Shown: piece by piece, positions 14,450-18,012 of the stretch
Numbering within the stretch: position 1 is the stretch's first letter
Layout of the letters: each line of letters starts with the position of its first letter
Assembly (NCBI GenBank): GCA_041497675.1
Contig: JBGQGY010000081.1
Location: forward strand, 1-18,012
Reading direction: 5' to 3'
DNA: 18,012 nucleotides
Source of the DNA: a bacterium
GTDB taxonomy: Bacteria; Sysuimicrobiota; Sysuimicrobiia; Sysuimicrobiales; Humicultoraceae
Position numbers and translations under genes: made by a program
Notes under the pieces: generated by a model
Databases searched by the model: none
What the model saw: only the letters and a program-made list of their open reading frames with translations
Told to the model about the DNA's origin: nothing

Positions 14450-15406
14450 CTAGGCCTTCTCCTCAACCAGACCGATGCGCGGATCCAGCACCGAGTACAA
14501 TATGTCAACCGAGAAGTTCACGAACACGATCGCGGTGGCGCTGCACAACACGACGCCCTGGACCATTGGATAGTCGCGCGTCAGGATTGACTCGATGGCG
14601 AGCCGGCCGATCCCGGGGACCGCGAAGATTTGTTCGGTGATCACCGCGCCACCCAGCAGCCCGCCGAGCTGCAGACCCATTACCGTCGCGACCGGAATCA
14701 TCGCGTTCTTCAGCGCGTGCTTGACGATAACCACCTTGTCCGAGAGGCCCTTCGCCTGCGCCGTCCGGATAAACTCCGACCCCAGGACTTCGAGCATGCT
14801 CGAGCGCAGCAGGCGCATCACCAGCGCCGCCAGCGCCGTGCCCAGCACCGTCGCCGGCATGATCATCAGCGTGAGGCTTCGTAGTGGATCGATCCAGGGT
14901 TCGATATAGCCCGACGGCGGGAGCCAGCGCAGATTGACGGCGAACAGGTAGATCAGCATGATTCCCAGCCAGAAGTTCGGGATCGAGATGCCGGCCAGCG
15001 CGACGGTCGTCGCCGCGTAGTCCACCGCCGATCGCCGCTTCCATGCGGCAAGCACTCCGGCGGGGACGGCGATGGTCCAGGCGACGGTGAGTGCCACGAT
15101 GGCCAGTTCGATCGTGACGGGGAGTTTGAGCAGCAGGGTGGCCAGCACGGGCCGGCCGTCGCGCACAGACTTGCCGAGATCACCGTGGAGGAGCCGGCCG
15201 AGCCAGATCAGGTACCGGACGACGAGCGGCTTGTCCAACCCCATCTGCTTGCGCAGCGCTTCCACAACATCTTTCCCGGCTTCGTTCCCCGCAAACAGCA
15301 GGGCGGGGTCTCCCGGGATCAGGTTAATTAGTGTGAACACGATGACGCTGACCAGCAGCATGACGGGAATCGTCAGCATCAGACGGCGCGCGATGTAGCG
15401 GGTCAC
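14450..15406 (-). CDS. Peptide/nickel ABC transporter permease (DppB/OppB-like, 318 aa)
   Basis: YIARRL, IPGDPA, GLDKPL, GDLGKS, SIPNFWLG, FIRTAQAKGL, KHALKNA, TEQIFAVPGIGRL, RDYPMVQG, LDPRI. Confidence 0.94.
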   Translation of the reverse strand: MTRYIARRLMLTIPVMLLVSVIVFTLINLIPGDPALLFAGNEAGKDVVEALRKQMGLDKPLVVRYLIWLGRLLHGDLGKSVRDGRPVLATLLLKLPVTIELAIVALTVAWTIAVPAGVLAAWKRRSAVDYAATTVALAGISIPNFWLGIMLIYLFAVNLRWLPPSGYIEPWIDPLRSLTLMIMPATVLGTALAALVMRLLRSSMLEVLGSEFIRTAQAKGLSDKVVIVKHALKNAMIPVATVMGLQLGGLLGGAVITEQIFAVPGIGRLAIESILTRDYPMVQGVVLCSATAIVFVNFSVDILYSVLDPRIGLVEEKA

Positions 15407-15410
15407 GATG

Positions 15411-16928
15411 CTATGGGTTCAACCAGACCTGGCGGAACCGCATCATCCCGTCGGGATTGTGCGGGTAGCCCTGGACCTTTGGACTCATGACCTTGTACTC
15501 TTTGGGCCAGTAGAGGAACAGATATGGCAGGTCCTCATTCATGATCGCGAGCGCATCCGCGTACGCCCGGCGGCGGTGGTCGGGTGTGGTCAAGATGCGG
15601 GCCGCCCCCAGGAGCTCGTCGAATCGCGCGCTGCTGTAGCCCGCCCGGTTCTGCCCGGCGCCGGTCACGAAATTGTTGTAGATGTTGCCGTCGGGATCTG
15701 GCCGGCCGCTCCATCCCAGCAGCGCCGCCTCGTACCGCAGCGACGCGAGCACCGACAGCAGGGCGCCGAACTCCACTATTTCGAGATTGACCCGGATGCC
15801 GGCCTCGCCGGCCATCGACTGGACGATCTGGCCGATCTGCTGCGGCACGCGGCCCGGCGTGATCTTCATCGTGAACGCGAATCCCGCGGGCTGCCCGCCC
15901 TCGCGGAGTCTCGCCCGCGCCAGTTCCAGGTTCCGTTCCGGGATCCGGCCGTTCGGTCCGGCGTCGGACGCCAGCATGCCCGTGGGGAATGGACCGTTGG
16001 CCGGCGTGGCCGTGTCGCCGAAGACCACGCGCACCAGCGTGCGGCGGTCGATCGTCGCATTTAGCGCCTGCCGCAGCGCCCGGTTGTTGAAGGGCGGCCC
16101 CTGGACCATCAGCCAGACCCCCTGCCAGCCCAGCCCCTCGCGTTCCACCATCTTCACGCGGTTGTCACGCTTGAGTTCAGGCACGTCGGTCGGCTCGACC
16201 ATATCGATGATGTCGAGTTCCGAGGCGCGCAGGTTGGCCAGGCGGGCCTGCCCATCGGTGAACGGCCTGTAGACGATCCGGTCCGCGAACCCCGCGGTCC
16301 GGTCCCAATGCCGATCGAAGCGCTCCAGTACGATGCGTTCTTGCGGCCGTTTCTCAACGAACTTGTAGGGACCCGTCCCGACCGGTTCGCGCGCAAAGTC
16401 GCGGCCCAGCCGGCGCGCGGCAGCCGGCGAGACCATCATGCCCGCGCGATCGCTGAGGACGGATAGGAAGGGGCTGAAGGAACTCTCCAGGTCGACCTGG
16501 ACCGTCAACGGGTCGAGCACTGCCACCTTTTCGACCAGGATGATCTCGAACCGCCGCGGCGAGGCGAACCCGCGGTCGAGCATCCGCTCGAAGTTGAACT
16601 TTACCGCCTCGGCGTTGAATGGGGTGCCGTCATGGAAGACCACGTTGGGCCGGAGCTTGAACGTGTAGGTCTTGCCATTGTTGGTGATCGTCCACGACGT
16701 CGCCAGCATCGGGACGATGGTGAAGTGCTCGTCGATATCGACGAGTTTGTCGAAGAGATTCTGAAAAACCTGGCGATCGACCGCGGCCGTCGACTGGTGC
16801 GGGTCCATGTTCGGCGGATCCGCATTCAGTCCGACCCGCAGCACCCCACCACGGCGAGCCGTCTGGGCGGATGCCAGGCCGGCGACCAAAACGAAGATTG
16901 CTACCGCCGACAGGAGGAGGCGCTTCAC
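15411..16928 (-). CDS. Peptide/nickel ABC transporter substrate-binding protein (family 5, DppA-like), copy 1
   Basis: Signal peptide (MKRLLLSAVAIFVLVAGLASA-Q), GGVLRVG, PMLATSW, YTFKLRPNVVFHDGTPFNAEAVKFNFER, PVGTGPY. GTG 16928 has SD GAGGTG 6 nt upstream; GTG 16937 is the alternative start. Confidence 0.92.
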   Translation of the reverse strand: MKRLLLSAVAIFVLVAGLASAQTARRGGVLRVGLNADPPNMDPHQSTAAVDRQVFQNLFDKLVDIDEHFTIVPMLATSWTITNNGKTYTFKLRPNVVFHDGTPFNAEAVKFNFERMLDRGFASPRRFEIILVEKVAVLDPLTVQVDLESSFSPFLSVLSDRAGMMVSPAAARRLGRDFAREPVGTGPYKFVEKRPQERIVLERFDRHWDRTAGFADRIVYRPFTDGQARLANLRASELDIIDMVEPTDVPELKRDNRVKMVEREGLGWQGVWLMVQGPPFNNRALRQALNATIDRRTLVRVVFGDTATPANGPFPTGMLASDAGPNGRIPERNLELARARLREGGQPAGFAFTMKITPGRVPQQIGQIVQSMAGEAGIRVNLEIVEFGALLSVLASLRYEAALLGWSGRPDPDGNIYNNFVTGAGQNRAGYSSARFDELLGAARILTTPDHRRRAYADALAIMNEDLPYLFLYWPKEYKVMSPKVQGYPHNPDGMMRFRQVWLNP

Positions 16929-16950
16929 ATTCGTCACCTCGGCCTTCGGC

Positions 16951-18012
16951 CTACGGCGACAACGAAACGTGCCGGAACCGCATCATACCGTCCGAGATGT
17001 GGACGAAGCCCTGCAACTTGGGGCTCATCAACTTGTATTCCTTGGGCCACCACAGGAAGATGAACGGCAGATCCTCGTTCAAAACGGTCAGGATTTCTGC
17101 GTACGCCCGCCGCCGGTGATCGGGAGCGCTGAGGAGGCGGGCCGCGTCCAGCATGGCATCCACGCGTGGGTTCGAGTAGCCGCTGAAGTTGGAACCCCCG
17201 CTGGTGATGTTGAATGCATAGAGGTTCCCGTCGGGATCGGGCCGGCCGCTCCAGCCGATGCGCACCGCATCGTATCGCTGGGTCGCCAGCTGGCTGAGGA
17301 TTGCGCCGAACTCCACGATCTCAATGTTGACACGAATGCCGGCCTCGCCGGCCATGGATTGCAGGACCTGGGCGATCTGCTGCTCCACCCGTCCCGGGAC
17401 GATCCTGAGGGTGAACGCAAACCCATTGGGTTGTCCGCCCTCGCGCAACTTGGCTCGGGCCAAGTCGAGATTTCGTTCGGGCACCCGCGCGTTGGGACCG
17501 GCGTCGGCCCCCAGCAGCCCGGGCGGGAAGGGACCGTTCCCCGGCGTCGCGGTGTCGCCAAACACCACACGAACGAGCGCCCGGCGGTCGATGGCGGCGT
17601 TGAAGGCCTGCCGCAGCGCCTTGTTGTTGAACGGTGGCGCCGTGGTGTTGATCCACATCCCTTGATAGCCTAGGCTCTGGCGCTCGAGTAACTTGAGCTT
17701 CGCATCGGTTCTCAGGGCCGGGACCTCGGTCGGCGGCACGACGTTGTTGATGTCGAGTTCGCCGGCCTTCAGATTTGCCAGCAGCGCCTGCTCGTCCGGG
17801 ATGGGCCGATAGATGATGCGGTCGACGTTCCCTGCCGTCCGGTCCCAGTGCCGGTCGAAGCGCTCCAGCACGATCCGCTCCTGCGGGCGCTTCTCGACGA
17901 ACTTGTACGGGCCGGAGCCCACCGGCTCACGCGCGAAGTCGCGGCCCAGGCGCCTGGCGGCGGCCGGCGAGACCATCATGCCGGCGCGGTCACTCAGGAT
18001 GGCCAGGAAGGG
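16951..18012 (-). CDS. Peptide/nickel ABC transporter substrate-binding protein (family 5, DppA-like), copy 2 (partial, 5' end beyond the window)
   Basis: The frame is open to the right edge (PFLAILSDRAGMMVSP...). It aligns without gaps to copy 1 over 342 aa, about 71% identical by hand count. Confidence 0.92.
   Translation of the reverse strand, partial: PFLAILSDRAGMMVSPAAARRLGRDFAREPVGSGPYKFVEKRPQERIVLERFDRHWDRTAGNVDRIIYRPIPDEQALLANLKAGELDINNVVPPTEVPALRTDAKLKLLERQSLGYQGMWINTTAPPFNNKALRQAFNAAIDRRALVRVVFGDTATPGNGPFPPGLLGADAGPNARVPERNLDLARAKLREGGQPNGFAFTLRIVPGRVEQQIAQVLQSMAGEAGIRVNIEIVEFGAILSQLATQRYDAVRIGWSGRPDPDGNLYAFNITSGGSNFSGYSNPRVDAMLDAARLLSAPDHRRRAYAEILTVLNEDLPFIFLWWPKEYKLMSPKLQGFVHISDGMMRFRHVSLSP

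Noticed and set aside
16941..16951. Mini-hairpin GGCC-TTC-GGCC between the two binding-protein genes
   Set aside because: A 4-bp stem with no U-tract is too weak to call a terminator.
1..18012. CRISPR array, tRNA/rRNA, IS element, prophage or defence system
   Set aside because: No regularly spaced repeats, RNA-gene signatures, or transposase, integrase or nuclease motifs were seen; coding genes leave only two intergenic gaps longer than 100 bp.

Overview
GC-rich bacterial window with three blocks and no RNA genes, CRISPR arrays or mobile elements that I can support. (1) 1-9401, minus strand: a tightly packed operon of at least 10 genes that continues off the left edge. In order: IclR regulator, CUT1 sugar ABC transporter (binding protein plus two permeases), DapA/NAL-like class I aldolase, MDR dehydrogenase, FAH-family enzyme and three Gfo/Idh/MocA oxidoreductases. 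It looks like a catabolic pathway for an unidentified sugar or sugar acid, with no kinase in view. (2) 9569-13611, plus strand: a divergently transcribed K+-independent membrane pyrophosphatase (hppA), a strong hairpin, and an HD-GYP protein with about 8 transmembrane helices. (3) 13558-18012, minus strand: an Opp/Dpp-family ABC operon with two tandem paralogous binding proteins (about 70% identical) and two permeases, converging on and overlapping the HD-GYP gene. The 167-bp iclR-hppA intergenic region holds back-to-back sigma70-like promoters and a candidate IclR operator. The best candidate for an undescribed system is the catabolic operon, whose enzymes carry non-canonical active-site motifs. 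Family assignments come from motif recognition only; no database searches were run.
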